The position numbers were made by a program, and so were the translations under genes. A DNA stretch of 64,000 bases from Pelagibacteraceae bacterium (GTDB lineage Bacteria > Pseudomonadota > Alphaproteobacteria > Pelagibacterales > Pelagibacteraceae), in contig JAYPCR010000001.1 in assembly GCA_038124805.1 (NCBI GenBank), forward strand, positions 2,122 through 66,121, given 5' to 3'. Below, piece after piece: positions 11,253-21,099 of the stretch; position 1 is the stretch's first letter, and each line of letters begins with the position of its first letter. Below the pieces are notes generated by a model, which had not been told where the DNA came from, made no database searches, and saw only the letters and a list, made by a program, of their open reading frames with translations.

Positions 11253-12164
11253 ATGAAAAAGACTTATACCGTTGATGCAACGTTCAACGATATGAGACTA
11301 GATCGTTGGATTAGAAATATTTTAGGAAACATTCCACAAGGTTTAATCGAAAAAAATCTTAGGTTTGGAAAAATTAAACTAAATAATAAAAAAGTTAAAA
11401 GTTCAATAAAAGTTAAAACTAGTGATCAGATTGATTTATATGATTTTAAATTTAAAGAAACAATATTACAAAAAAAAATTAAATTTGAACCTTCAAAAAA
11501 TATAATAAAAGCAAATGAAGAATTAATAATTGATAATAATGATGATTTTATAGTTTTAAATAAAAGAGCAGGTATATCCGTTCAAGGTGGAACTAAATCA
11601 AAAAAAAATTTAATTGATATTTTTAATAAAAGTGAAATTTTTAAAGATTCCAAACCCTTTTCAGTTCATAGATTAGATAAAGATACTTCTGGTGTATTTA
11701 TAATAGCTAAAAATCGTGAGACAGCACAATTACTGACATCTTTATTTAGACTTAGAAAAGTTCATAAAACTTACTTAGCTATTTGTCATGGTGAAATTGA
11801 TAAAAATAGTGGTGAGTGGTCAAACGACTTAGTCAGGTATGATAATGGAAAAAAAATAATAGAAAATGCAAAAACAACCTATAAAGTTATTGATAAAAAC
11901 TCAAATTCTACTTTAGTTGAAATGAAACCTATTACTGGCAGAAAACATCAGTTAAGAAAGCAATTATTTGAAATAGGGCATTCAATATATGGTGATCAAA
12001 AATATAGATCAATAAATTCTGAAAAAGGATTAAATAAAAATTTAATGCTTCATTCTTATCAAATTAAATTTATGATTAATGATAAAAAATATACTTATAC
12101 TGCTTTACTTCCAGAATATTTTAAAAAACTTCTAGTAACTAAAAGACTTAATTTTTTAAATTAG
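11253..12164 (+). CDS. rluC: RluA/RluC-family 23S rRNA pseudouridine synthase with S4 domain
   Basis: MRLDRW S4 start, [10 protein letters not shown] catalytic motif, TGRKHQLR. Confidence 0.85.
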   Translation: MKKTYTVDATFNDMRLDRWIRNILGNIPQGLIEKNLRFGKIKLNNKKVKSSIKVKTSDQIDLYDFKFKETILQKKIKFEPSKNIIKANEELIIDNNDDFIVLNKRAGISVQGGTKSKKNLIDIFNKSEIFKDSKPFSVHRLDKDTSGVFIIAKNRETAQLLTSLFRLRKVHKTYLAICHGEIDKNSGEWSNDLVRYDNGKKIIENAKTTYKVIDKNSNSTLVEMKPITGRKHQLRKQLFEIGHSIYGDQKYRSINSEKGLNKNLMLHSYQIKFMINDKKYTYTALLPEYFKKLLVTKRLNFLN

Positions 12165-12768
12165 CAATAAAGTTATTTATAATTTTTTGATCTAAGTTTT
12201 CGTAGCTCTGATTGATAATAGACTTTAAATTAGTTACGCCTTTATCTTCAATTCCGCAAGGAATAATATTTTTATATTTATTAAGATCGTTATTAATATT
12301 GATAGAAAAGCCATGGTAAGCAATCCATTTACTAACACGTATTCCTATTGCTGCTACCTTTTCAACTTTTTTGTTATTTTTAATCCAGATACCAACATTT
12401 TTTCTATCAGCAAAAGTATCAATGTTAAAATCTTTTAGCGTTTGGATTATGGTTTTTTCAATAATACAAACAAAATTTCTGATGTCCTTTTTTTTATTTC
12501 TTAAATCAATAACAAAATAGCAAATGAGTTGTCCTGGACCATGATAAGTGATTTTACCACCTCTATTTGTTTTAATAATCTTTATTGATTTATTTAAAAT
12601 TTCACTTTCTTTATAGGATGTTCCAGCTGTGTAAATTTCATTGTGTTGTAAAGTCCATATCAATTCTTTATTTTTGTTGTGAAAAACTAGACTTAACCGA
12701 TCTTCTAAATGTTTAATCGCATCTTGATAATTTACTGGTTTTATTGACTTTTTAATCTCTATATTCAT
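12148..12768 (-). CDS. lipB: Lipoyl(octanoyl) transferase
   Basis: [31 protein letters not shown]. Confidence 0.97.
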   Translation of the reverse strand: MNIEIKKSIKPVNYQDAIKHLEDRLSLVFHNKNKELIWTLQHNEIYTAGTSYKESEILNKSIKIIKTNRGGKITYHGPGQLICYFVIDLRNKKKDIRNFVCIIEKTIIQTLKDFNIDTFADRKNVGIWIKNNKKVEKVAAIGIRVSKWIAYHGFSININNDLNKYKNIIPCGIEDKGVTNLKSIINQSYENLDQKIINNFIANLKN

Positions 12769-12828
12769 TTAAAAATTGTAATCTTTAAATTATGTATTAA
12801 TAGTTGCGAACAAATAATAGGTAAATTT

Positions 12829-14202
12829 ATGACTTTAATAAAAAAAATCAAAGATAAAAAAGTCAATTTTGAATTTAATAAAGAATATATAAAAGTTGTA
12901 ACAGATAAAATAGCTAATAATGATGCTTTGTTTATTACAAATTCTTTTAAAGAAATGCATCCAGCTGATGCTGCGGATATTATTGAACATTTAAGTTTAA
13001 ACGATAGAGAAAACCTAATTAAACTTAATGGCTTCAAAATTGATCCCGAAGTATTTATAGAGCTTAATGAGTCTGTTCAATCAGAAATCATCAAATATAT
13101 TTCTTCAGAATCAATTGTAAGAATTTTAAAAAATTTAGAGTCAGATGATGCTATTAAAATTTTAGAAAATGTTGATGAAAAAGATAAAAATTCAATATTA
13201 AGTTCACTGCCTCCTAAAGATCGTTTTGCATTGTTAGAAGGCTTGAGCTATCCTGAGGATAGTGCTGCACGTATAATGCAGAGGGAATTTACTGCAATTC
13301 CGAGTAATTGGTCAGTAGGTCAGACTATTGATTATTTAAGAGAAAATAAAGAATTACCAGAAGAATTTTTAGAAATTTTTATTGTTGATGAAGATTTTAA
13401 ACCAATTGGAACAGTACCATCTTCAAAGGTCTTAAGAACTTCAAGAGAGTCAAAAATGATATCTATAATGTCAAGTTCCCCTTTATTGATACCAGTCGAG
13501 ATGGATAGAGAAGAAGTTGGAAACTTATTTGAAAATTATAGTTTAAATTCTGCTTGTGTTGTAGACAAGACAAATAAATTGGTTGGCATGATAACGTATG
13601 ATGATGTTTTAACTGTATTAAAAGAAGAAGCTGAGGAAGATGCTTTAAGGTTAGCCGGTGTAGGTGACGAAAATATTACAGATGGAGTAATAACTAAAAC
13701 TAAAAGACGATTTAACTGGTTATTATTAAATTTATTTACAGCATTTTTAGCAACTTGGTGCATAAGTTTATTTGGTGCAACAATTGAACAGATGGTAGTA
13801 TTAGCTTTTCTAATGCCAATAGTTGCATCAATGGGTGGGAATGCTGGAATGCAAACATTAGCTGTCACTGTTAGAACATTGGCCACAAACGATTTAACTA
13901 AAAATAATTTTAATCAAAATATTTTAAAAGAATTCAACATAGGAATTCTAAATGGAATTATATTTGCGGTAATAAGTTCATTAATTGTACAACTATGGTT
14001 TAATGATGTTCAACTTTCATTAATCATTTCTATTTCAATGGTAGTCACAATGATAGTTGCAGGTCTCTTTGGAATATTAGTACCTGTAACTCTAAAAAAA
14101 ATGAATATCGACCCAGCTATTGCCTCAAGTGTTTTTGTAACTACTATTACTGATGTAATAGGCTTTATATCATTTTTAGGTGTTGGAGCTTATTTTTTTT
14201 AA
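12829..14202 (+). CDS. mgtE: Magnesium transporter MgtE
   Basis: HPADAAD N-domain, CBS pair, MGGNAGMQT, DPAIAS, TTITD. Confidence 0.97.
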   Translation: MTLIKKIKDKKVNFEFNKEYIKVVTDKIANNDALFITNSFKEMHPADAADIIEHLSLNDRENLIKLNGFKIDPEVFIELNESVQSEIIKYISSESIVRILKNLESDDAIKILENVDEKDKNSILSSLPPKDRFALLEGLSYPEDSAARIMQREFTAIPSNWSVGQTIDYLRENKELPEEFLEIFIVDEDFKPIGTVPSSKVLRTSRESKMISIMSSSPLLIPVEMDREEVGNLFENYSLNSACVVDKTNKLVGMITYDDVLTVLKEEAEEDALRLAGVGDENITDGVITKTKRRFNWLLLNLFTAFLATWCISLFGATIEQMVVLAFLMPIVASMGGNAGMQTLAVTVRTLATNDLTKNNFNQNILKEFNIGILNGIIFAVISSLIVQLWFNDVQLSLIISISMVVTMIVAGLFGILVPVTLKKMNIDPAIASSVFVTTITDVIGFISFLGVGAYFF

Positions 14203-14204
14203 AT

Positions 14205-15017
14205 CTAAAAATTATCTATCAATCTTATATTTCCAATTTTATAAGCTATAAATAACTTAGAATTTTTATTTGATGATGCTAATTTTAAATTAAATATATT
14301 TCTTAACTCTAAATATTCAATTTTTATTTCAAATTTTTTATTTAAAAATTCTATTTTTTCTAACAACGATTTTTTTATATTGTTTTTATCTTTTAATTTA
14401 TTTTTAAATTTTTTCAGAATAAGTGCTATTTTACCTCCAGTTTCAAACTGTTTATTTGTTAATAATTGATTTCTTGTAGACATAGCTAAATAATTTTTTT
14501 CCCTTATTGTTTTACAACTAATTACCTGACATCTATATCTTTTTTCAATGAATTTTTTAACTAAATAGAATTGTTGAAAATCTTTTTCACCCATAAAAAT
14601 TTTTTTTGGTTTAATTAATTTTGTTAGTCTGTTCATGACATCTAGAACACCTTCAAAATGGCCTTTACGAAATTTTGCACATAAAATTTTTTCTTTTTTA
14701 TGAAGTTTAATATCCTTATCTTTCTTAGAATGGTAAATATCTTTATATTTAGGTAGGTAAAGAAAATTTATTTTTAATTTTTTTAAAATTCTTAAATCCT
14801 TTTTAATATTTCTTGGATATTTTTTAAAATCCTTTTTGTCGTTAAATTGTTTTGGATTAATAAATATACTTACAATTGTAACACCAGATTTATTTAGTGA
14901 TTTTTTTATAAGCGAAACATGACCTTTATGAAGACCACCCATGGTTGGTACAAAATTTATATTAGACAAGTTATTAAGTGCCTTATTTAACTCTTTATTA
15001 TTATGTAAAATTTTCAT
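14205..15017 (-). CDS. panC: Pantoate-beta-alanine ligase
   Basis: FVPTMGGLHKGH, SIFINPKQF, GEKDFQQ, RLIDN. Confidence 0.97.
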   Translation of the reverse strand: MKILHNNKELNKALNNLSNINFVPTMGGLHKGHVSLIKKSLNKSGVTIVSIFINPKQFNDKKDFKKYPRNIKKDLRILKKLKINFLYLPKYKDIYHSKKDKDIKLHKKEKILCAKFRKGHFEGVLDVMNRLTKLIKPKKIFMGEKDFQQFYLVKKFIEKRYRCQVISCKTIREKNYLAMSTRNQLLTNKQFETGGKIALILKKFKNKLKDKNNIKKSLLEKIEFLNKKFEIKIEYLELRNIFNLKLASSNKNSKLFIAYKIGNIRLIDNF

Positions 15018-15051
15018 TTGTTTTATAATATTTTATAAGTAAAAGATTTAA

Positions 15052-15867
15052 ATGATTAAACAAGCAATTATTCCTTTAGCTGGTCTTGGCACAAGACTTT
15101 TACCTTTAACCAGTGTATTTCCAAAAGAACTTTTACCAATAAATGGGAAACCTGGCATAGAATATATATTAGATGAGTGCATTGATGCAGGCATAAAAGA
15201 AATTATTTTTATAATTTCTAAGAATAAAGAACTAATTAAAAAATATTTTTACAATGATAAATTCTATTTAAAAATAATTAAAAAAAAAAAAGATAAGAGA
15301 ATTATAAAAGAATATCAAAAAATTTTAAATTACAGAAAAAAGATAAAATTTGTGTATCAAAACAAGCCCCTTGGAACTGGAGATGCTGTATTAAAAACTT
15401 CAAGATTAATAAAAGACAATCATTTTTTGATGTTATTGCCTGACGACTTAATTATCAAAAAAAATTGTTCAAGCGAGCTTATTAAAATGCATACTAAATT
15501 TAAAAGTTCAGTTATGGCATCAATGAATGTTAAAAAAAATGATGTAATACGTTGGGGTATATTTTCTTTATCCAAAAAAATTAACAGTACTTCTCATTTT
15601 ATTGATAATGTTGTTGAAAAACCTTCTGTTAAAAATGCACCATCCAATAAAGCTGTAATAGGAAGATATATTTTGCCAAAAAAAATTTTTTCCATTTTAA
15701 GAAACCAAAAGGCTGGCATTGGTGGTGAAATTCATATTACTGATGCCATTCAAAAATTGATAAAAAATAAAGAGAAATTTATAGCTTATTCTTTTAAAGG
15801 AAAGTATTTAGATTGTGGAACAATGAAAGGATATATAAATTCTTCTAAAGAAATAGGTAAATTATGA
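15052..15867 (+). CDS. galU: UTP-glucose-1-phosphate uridylyltransferase
   Basis: IIPLAGLGTRLLP, PKELLP, PLGTGDAV, LPDD, VEKP, GEIHITDA. Confidence 0.92.
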   Translation: MIKQAIIPLAGLGTRLLPLTSVFPKELLPINGKPGIEYILDECIDAGIKEIIFIISKNKELIKKYFYNDKFYLKIIKKKKDKRIIKEYQKILNYRKKIKFVYQNKPLGTGDAVLKTSRLIKDNHFLMLLPDDLIIKKNCSSELIKMHTKFKSSVMASMNVKKNDVIRWGIFSLSKKINSTSHFIDNVVEKPSVKNAPSNKAVIGRYILPKKIFSILRNQKAGIGGEIHITDAIQKLIKNKEKFIAYSFKGKYLDCGTMKGYINSSKEIGKL

Positions 15868-17162
15868 AACTTTGCATGATAGGTTCTGGATATGTAGGTT
15901 TGGTCAGTGGTGTATGTTTTTCAGATTTAGGTAATGATGTTATTTGTGTAGATAATGATCAAAAAAAAATTGAAGCATTAACTAAGGGTATTATTCCAAT
16001 TTATGAACCAGGTTTAGAAGAATTAGTTATTAAAAATACAAAGCAAAATAGACTAAGATTTTCAACAAATTTAAAAGATGCTGTTAAAAAATCAGATATT
16101 ATTTTTATTTGTGTGGGTACCCCTACAAAAAAAAATGCCTCCTCTGCTGATTTAAGTTATGTGTACAATGTTGCTAAAGAAATCGCATTATCGATTAATA
16201 AATTTAAAATTATAATTACAAAATCAACAGTTCCAGTTACTACTGGTGATGAAATTGAAAAATTGATTTCAAAAAGAGTATCTAAAAATCTCTTTTCTGT
16301 AGCTTCGAATCCAGAGTTTTTGAGAGAAGGCGAGGCTATAAGAGATTTTACTTATCCAGATCGTATTGTAATTGGTACAGAAGATAGCAGAACTAATAAA
16401 ATTCTAAAAGAATTATACGCACCTTTAATTTCAAAGGGCGCACAATATATTCAAACTGCGAGAAGATCTGCTGAATTAATAAAATATGCTTCAAATGCTT
16501 TTTTAGCTACAAAAATAACATTCATTAATGAAATTGCTAATTTATGTGAAAAAATTAACGTTAATGTTGAAGATGTAGCTATTGCTATGGGCTTAGATAA
16601 AAGAATTGGTAGTAGGTTTTTAAGAGCTGGTCCCGCATATGGCGGATCATGTTTTCCAAAAGATACCAAAGCAATAGTAGCTACAGCAAATCAATATAAA
16701 ACAAATCTCTCAGTAATAAAAAGTGTAATTAAATCAAATGAAAACAGAAATAAATTTTTACTTAAACGTGTAAATTTTATTTTAAAGAATAAAATTAAAA
16801 ATAAAAGAATTGCATTTTTAGGTGTTACTTTTAAAGCAAATACCGATGATATGAGAGACTCTTCGAGTTTAACAATGATTCCTGAATTAATAAAACAGGG
16901 TGCTATAATCAAATATTATGATCCAACTGGATATAAGGAAACATTTAAAAAATATAAAAATGTCTCTTATGCAAAAACTATTGAAAGAGCTGTTGATAGT
17001 GCTGATCTAATAATTATCCATACTGAATGGAATGATTTTAAATCAATTAATTTTAATAAAACTATCAATAAAAAGAAGACAAAAATATTTGATATGCGAA
17101 ATATATATTCTTCAATTAAAATGAAAAAAAGTGGAATAAAATATTTTGGTATAGGTAAATAA
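15864..17162 (+). CDS. ugd: UDP-glucose 6-dehydrogenase
   Basis: GSGYVGL, KSTVPV, NPEFLREG, YGGSCFPKD, FKANTDDMRDS. Confidence 0.95.
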   Translation: MKLCMIGSGYVGLVSGVCFSDLGNDVICVDNDQKKIEALTKGIIPIYEPGLEELVIKNTKQNRLRFSTNLKDAVKKSDIIFICVGTPTKKNASSADLSYVYNVAKEIALSINKFKIIITKSTVPVTTGDEIEKLISKRVSKNLFSVASNPEFLREGEAIRDFTYPDRIVIGTEDSRTNKILKELYAPLISKGAQYIQTARRSAELIKYASNAFLATKITFINEIANLCEKINVNVEDVAIAMGLDKRIGSRFLRAGPAYGGSCFPKDTKAIVATANQYKTNLSVIKSVIKSNENRNKFLLKRVNFILKNKIKNKRIAFLGVTFKANTDDMRDSSSLTMIPELIKQGAIIKYYDPTGYKETFKKYKNVSYAKTIERAVDSADLIIIHTEWNDFKSINFNKTINKKKTKIFDMRNIYSSIKMKKSGIKYFGIGK

Positions 17163-17166
17163 AAGT

Positions 17167-17631
17167 TTAATTTATTTCAAAAACAGCATCAACTTCCACT
17201 GCAACACCTAGCGGTAGACTGTTAGTACTAACGGCTGCTCTAGTATGTTTGCCAATCTCTCCAAATACTGAAACAATTAAATCTGACGCACCATTGATAA
17301 CTTTAGGCTGTTCTATAAAATCAGGTGTAGAGTTAACAAATCCAGTAAGTTTTACACATGATTTTATTGATGATAAATCTCCATTGCATGCTTTCTTAGC
17401 TTGCGCAATTATACTTAATGCACATCTCTTTGCTGCCAAATATCCTTCTTCTGTATTTAAATCTTTACCTAATTTTCCTTTAATTAATTCACCTTTTTCA
17501 TTAATAGAAATTTGACCAGAAATATATAATAATTTACCTGTAATTTTTGTTGCTAGATATGATCCAACGGGATCAGTTGCTTTTGGTAATGTAATATTTT
17601 GTACTTCTAAATTTTTATCAATGTTATTCAT
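17167..17631 (-). CDS. RidA/YjgF (Rid family) protein
   Basis: LYISGQ, KLTGFVNS, INGASDL, GKHTRAAV, LPLGVAVEV. Confidence 0.9.
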   Translation of the reverse strand: MNNIDKNLEVQNITLPKATDPVGSYLATKITGKLLYISGQISINEKGELIKGKLGKDLNTEEGYLAAKRCALSIIAQAKKACNGDLSSIKSCVKLTGFVNSTPDFIEQPKVINGASDLIVSVFGEIGKHTRAAVSTNSLPLGVAVEVDAVFEIN

Positions 17632-17904
17632 TTAATTTTTTTCCATAAATTCAGTAAGTGATTTACTATTTTTAAATTTGATTAGATTTTCTTTTAGTTT
17701 TGAACTATCAAATTTTTTTTTACTTTCATTAATATTTTCGACTGCAGTGTTCTTTAAGTCTTTTGATTTTTCTTTTATCTTTAAAGCCGTACACTCAGCG
17801 TACTTTGCACTTAATTTATCAAATTGACTACAATCAATCTCATCAGCACTTGAAGTACTTATTGATATAAAAAAAATTGTTAAAATATATAAGATTTTTA
17901 TCAT
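17632..17904 (-). CDS. Small hypothetical exported protein
   Basis: Fills the topA-rid gap exactly; signal peptide-like N-terminus (MIKILYILTIFFISISTSSA|DE); two Cys. Confidence 0.7.
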   Translation of the reverse strand: MIKILYILTIFFISISTSSADEIDCSQFDKLSAKYAECTALKIKEKSKDLKNTAVENINESKKKFDSSKLKENLIKFKNSKSLTEFMEKN

Positions 17905-20481
17905 TTATTTATTTTTCGTTCTCTTTGTTTTTTTATTTTTATCGTATTCTTTTCTTTTCTCAATTAATATTAGTGCCTCTTCCATCGTAAGCTCAGTAGG
18001 GTCTTTTTCTTCAGGTATAGTGGCATTAAGTGACTTATATTTTATATAAGGACCATATTGACCTTTCATGATTCTAACTGGTTTTTTGTCTTCTGGATGT
18101 TCTCCTAAATCTTTAATTATAGAAGAGGACATTCTTCCTGGTTTTGCTTCAGCAATAAGAGTTATTGCTCTATTTAGTCCTAATGAGAACATTTCTTCGA
18201 CATTTTCAATTCTAGCAGATTTGTTATCGCATTTTAAATAAGGACCAAATCTACCAGTATTTAATATAATATCTTTATCATTATCTGGATTGACACCTAG
18301 GTTTTTTGGTAAATTGCATAGAAATTTAGCTTTTTCTAAATCAATATCGTCTAATGTTAATCCTTTTGGAATTGAAACATTTTTAATATTGTCATTTTCT
18401 TTTTTTACTTTCTTTTTTGTTTTTTTAATTTTAGTTTCAATTGGTTTTTCATCTAAAATTATTTCGTATTGTAAATAAGGACCAAATCTTCCATTTTTTA
18501 AATAAATATCATTTCCATTATCATGTTTGCCTATTAGCTTTGGTTCTGCTAGCTGTGATTGAGCTGCAGCTTTAGCTTTAGATAAAGGTCTAGTAAATTT
18601 ACACTCAGGATAATTTGAGCATCCAATAAAAGCTCCACCTCTAAAACTATTTTTTAAACTTAATGTTCCTGTGTTGCATAATTGACAACTTCTACTAATT
18701 TTACCATTTTTATCTTTATCAAAAATTAGCTCTCCTAAACTATCGTTTAATAAGTCTAAAACTTCTCTAGTTCTTTTCTCTTTAACTTCTGAAACATTGT
18801 TATTAAAATCTTTCCAAAATAATTCTAATACTTTTATCCAACTTTCTTTACCAGTTGTGATTTCATCTAATTGATCTTCTAAAGATGCTGTAAAGTTGTA
18901 GTCTACATATTTTGAGAATAATTTTTCAAGAAAAGCAGAAATTAATTTTCCTCTATCAGTTGGAAAAAATCTTTTATTAATAATTTCTGCATATCCTCTA
19001 TTTGCTATTGTAGAAATAATACTTGCATATGTTGATGGACGACCAATTCCTAATTCTTCTAATTTTTTAACTAAACTAGCTTCTGAATATCTTGGTGGTG
19101 GTTGTGTAAAATGCTGCTCATCTAAAAGTGACTCTATATTAATTGGTCCTTTTTGTACTTCAGGTAAAATTGTCTCTTCCTCGTCTTTATTTGGAGTATT
19201 ATAAATTCTTAAAAAGCCATCAAATTTCATTACAGATCCACTAGCTTTGCATATAGTTTTATTATCTTCTGTAGAAATTGTTATGGTATTTCTATCAAAT
19301 TGAGCTGATTGCATTTGTGAGGAAAGTGCTCGTGTCCATATAAGGTCATAAAGTTTTAATTGATCTGGACTTAAAAACTTTTTAACAGAAGAGGGCGATC
19401 TATTGATATCAGTGGGTCTAATTGCTTCATGAGCTTCTTGTGCATTTTTCGCTTTTTTACCTGAATAATTGAGTGGTTGATCAGGTAAATATTCATCACC
19501 TAATTCTGATTTTATGTACTGTCTAAATGATGAAATCGCATCAGCTGATAGATTAGTGCCATCTGTTCTCATATAAGTAATCAAACCTATTGTTTCACCT
19601 TCTATATCAATACCTTGGTATAACTTTTGAGCAATTTGCATGGTTCTAGAGGCTCCAAATCCTAATCTTCCAGAAGCAACTTGTTGAAGCGTGGAAGTAG
19701 TAAACGGGCCGGATGGATTACGATTTACTATTTTACTAGATATGTCACTTATATTAAATTTTTTATTATTTATTTTAGAAATAGCATTTTCAATATCACT
19801 TTTATTTCTAAAGGAAAATTTTTCAATCTTCTGGTCGTCAATTTGAACAATACTAGCTATAATATTATTTTTATCTTTGTCTAAAAATTTTACAGTTAAG
19901 GTCCAAAATTCCTCTGGAACAAATGACTCAATTTCATGTTCTCTTTCTGTAATTAATTTAAGCGCAACTGACTGAACACGACCTGCGGATTTTGATCCAG
20001 GTAATTTTGTCCATAAAATTGGAGAAATATTAAATCCAACTAGATAATCAAGAGCTCTTCTGGCCATATAGGCATCAACCAACAATGGTTCAATTTGTCT
20101 TGGATTTTCTATTCCATGAATTACAGCTTTTTTTGTAATTTCATTAAAAACTACTCTTTCAATTTCTTTATCTTTTAAAAGTTTTTTTTCCTCAAGATAT
20201 TCTTTTACATGCCAGGCAATAGCTTCTCCCTCTCTATCTGGGTCAGTAGCTAATATTATCTTTGACGAGTCTTTTGCAGCATCAGTTATTTCTTTTAAAT
20301 ATTTTTTTGAAAAACTATCTACTTCCCATTCCATTTTAAAATCATGATCTGGATCTACAGATCCATTTTTTGAAGGAAGATCTCTTATATGTCCATAACT
20401 AGCTAGAACTTTATATTTATCACCTAAATATTTATTAATTGTTTTTGCTTTAGCAGGACTTTCAACAATGACTAGATTCAT
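17905..20481 (-). CDS. topA: DNA topoisomerase I
   Basis: LVIVESPAKAKTI, DPDREGEAI, SAGRVQS, ITYMRTD, one C4 zinc finger, GRFGPY C-terminal repeats. Confidence 0.99.
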   Translation of the reverse strand: MNLVIVESPAKAKTINKYLGDKYKVLASYGHIRDLPSKNGSVDPDHDFKMEWEVDSFSKKYLKEITDAAKDSSKIILATDPDREGEAIAWHVKEYLEEKKLLKDKEIERVVFNEITKKAVIHGIENPRQIEPLLVDAYMARRALDYLVGFNISPILWTKLPGSKSAGRVQSVALKLITEREHEIESFVPEEFWTLTVKFLDKDKNNIIASIVQIDDQKIEKFSFRNKSDIENAISKINNKKFNISDISSKIVNRNPSGPFTTSTLQQVASGRLGFGASRTMQIAQKLYQGIDIEGETIGLITYMRTDGTNLSADAISSFRQYIKSELGDEYLPDQPLNYSGKKAKNAQEAHEAIRPTDINRSPSSVKKFLSPDQLKLYDLIWTRALSSQMQSAQFDRNTITISTEDNKTICKASGSVMKFDGFLRIYNTPNKDEEETILPEVQKGPINIESLLDEQHFTQPPPRYSEASLVKKLEELGIGRPSTYASIISTIANRGYAEIINKRFFPTDRGKLISAFLEKLFSKYVDYNFTASLEDQLDEITTGKESWIKVLELFWKDFNNNVSEVKEKRTREVLDLLNDSLGELIFDKDKNGKISRSCQLCNTGTLSLKNSFRGGAFIGCSNYPECKFTRPLSKAKAAAQSQLAEPKLIGKHDNGNDIYLKNGRFGPYLQYEIILDEKPIETKIKKTKKKVKKENDNIKNVSIPKGLTLDDIDLEKAKFLCNLPKNLGVNPDNDKDIILNTGRFGPYLKCDNKSARIENVEEMFSLGLNRAITLIAEAKPGRMSSSIIKDLGEHPEDKKPVRIMKGQYGPYIKYKSLNATIPEEKDPTELTMEEALILIEKRKEYDKNKKTKRTKNK

Positions 20482-20489
20482 AAATTAAC

Positions 20490-20517
20490 AAACTACTCAA
20501 AAGACTTTGATAGTCAA
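20490..20517 (-). promoter_or_regulatory. Putative sigma70 promoter of topA
   Basis: Minus strand TTGACT (20517-20512), 16 nt, TAGTTT (20495-20490), 8 nt before ATG. Confidence 0.6.
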
Positions 20518-20518
20518 A

Positions 20519-21097
20519 TTAATAAATTTTTGTCTTAGTTTCTTCTTGATTTTTCAACCGTTTAACGTTCTCTCGATGGGTATAAAAAATTAGAACAAAT
20601 ATAATTAAAAAGAAACTTATTCCATCTGCATTACCACTTACATATATATAAACTGGAATTGAAAGTGTGGCTATAAGAGAAGATAGTGAAGAGTATTTTG
20701 ATAGAAAAAAAATAAATAACCAATTTGTTATAAAAATAAATCCATAAACTATATTTATTGCAAATAAAATCCCAACATAAGTTGCTACACCTTTGCCACC
20801 TTTAAATTTTAACCAAATTGGAAATACATGGCCTAAAAATGCTGACAATGAAGCTAGATAAATTAAATCTGGATATGTATTTTTAACATAAATTATTGGT
20901 ATTATGGCTTTAGCAATATCCAGTATTAAAGTTGAGTATCCAATCAACTTATTTCCAGTTCTCAAAGCATTTGTTGCTCCTATATTACCAGATCCAATAT
21001 TTCTAATATCTTGTTTTAAAAAAAATTTAGTTAAAATAAAACCAAAGGGAACTGATCCCATTAGATAAGAGATAAAACTTACAAAAAAATAGTCCAT
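20519..21097 (-). CDS. plsY: Glycerol-3-phosphate acyltransferase PlsY
   Basis: GSGNIGATNALR, GHVFPIW, GGKGVAT, HRENVKRL. Confidence 0.98.
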   Translation of the reverse strand: MDYFFVSFISYLMGSVPFGFILTKFFLKQDIRNIGSGNIGATNALRTGNKLIGYSTLILDIAKAIIPIIYVKNTYPDLIYLASLSAFLGHVFPIWLKFKGGKGVATYVGILFAINIVYGFIFITNWLFIFFLSKYSSLSSLIATLSIPVYIYVSGNADGISFFLIIFVLIFYTHRENVKRLKNQEETKTKIY

Positions 21098-21099
21098 TA

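Noticed and set aside
15279-15292. Long poly-A tracts (here in galU; also in ribD and rplX) as phase-variation or frameshift sites
   Set aside because: Reading frames are intact, and Lys-codon runs are expected at this AT content
15052-17162. galU-ugd as the edge of a hypervariable polysaccharide island
   Set aside because: Flanked by core genes; no glycosyltransferases and no visible compositional shift
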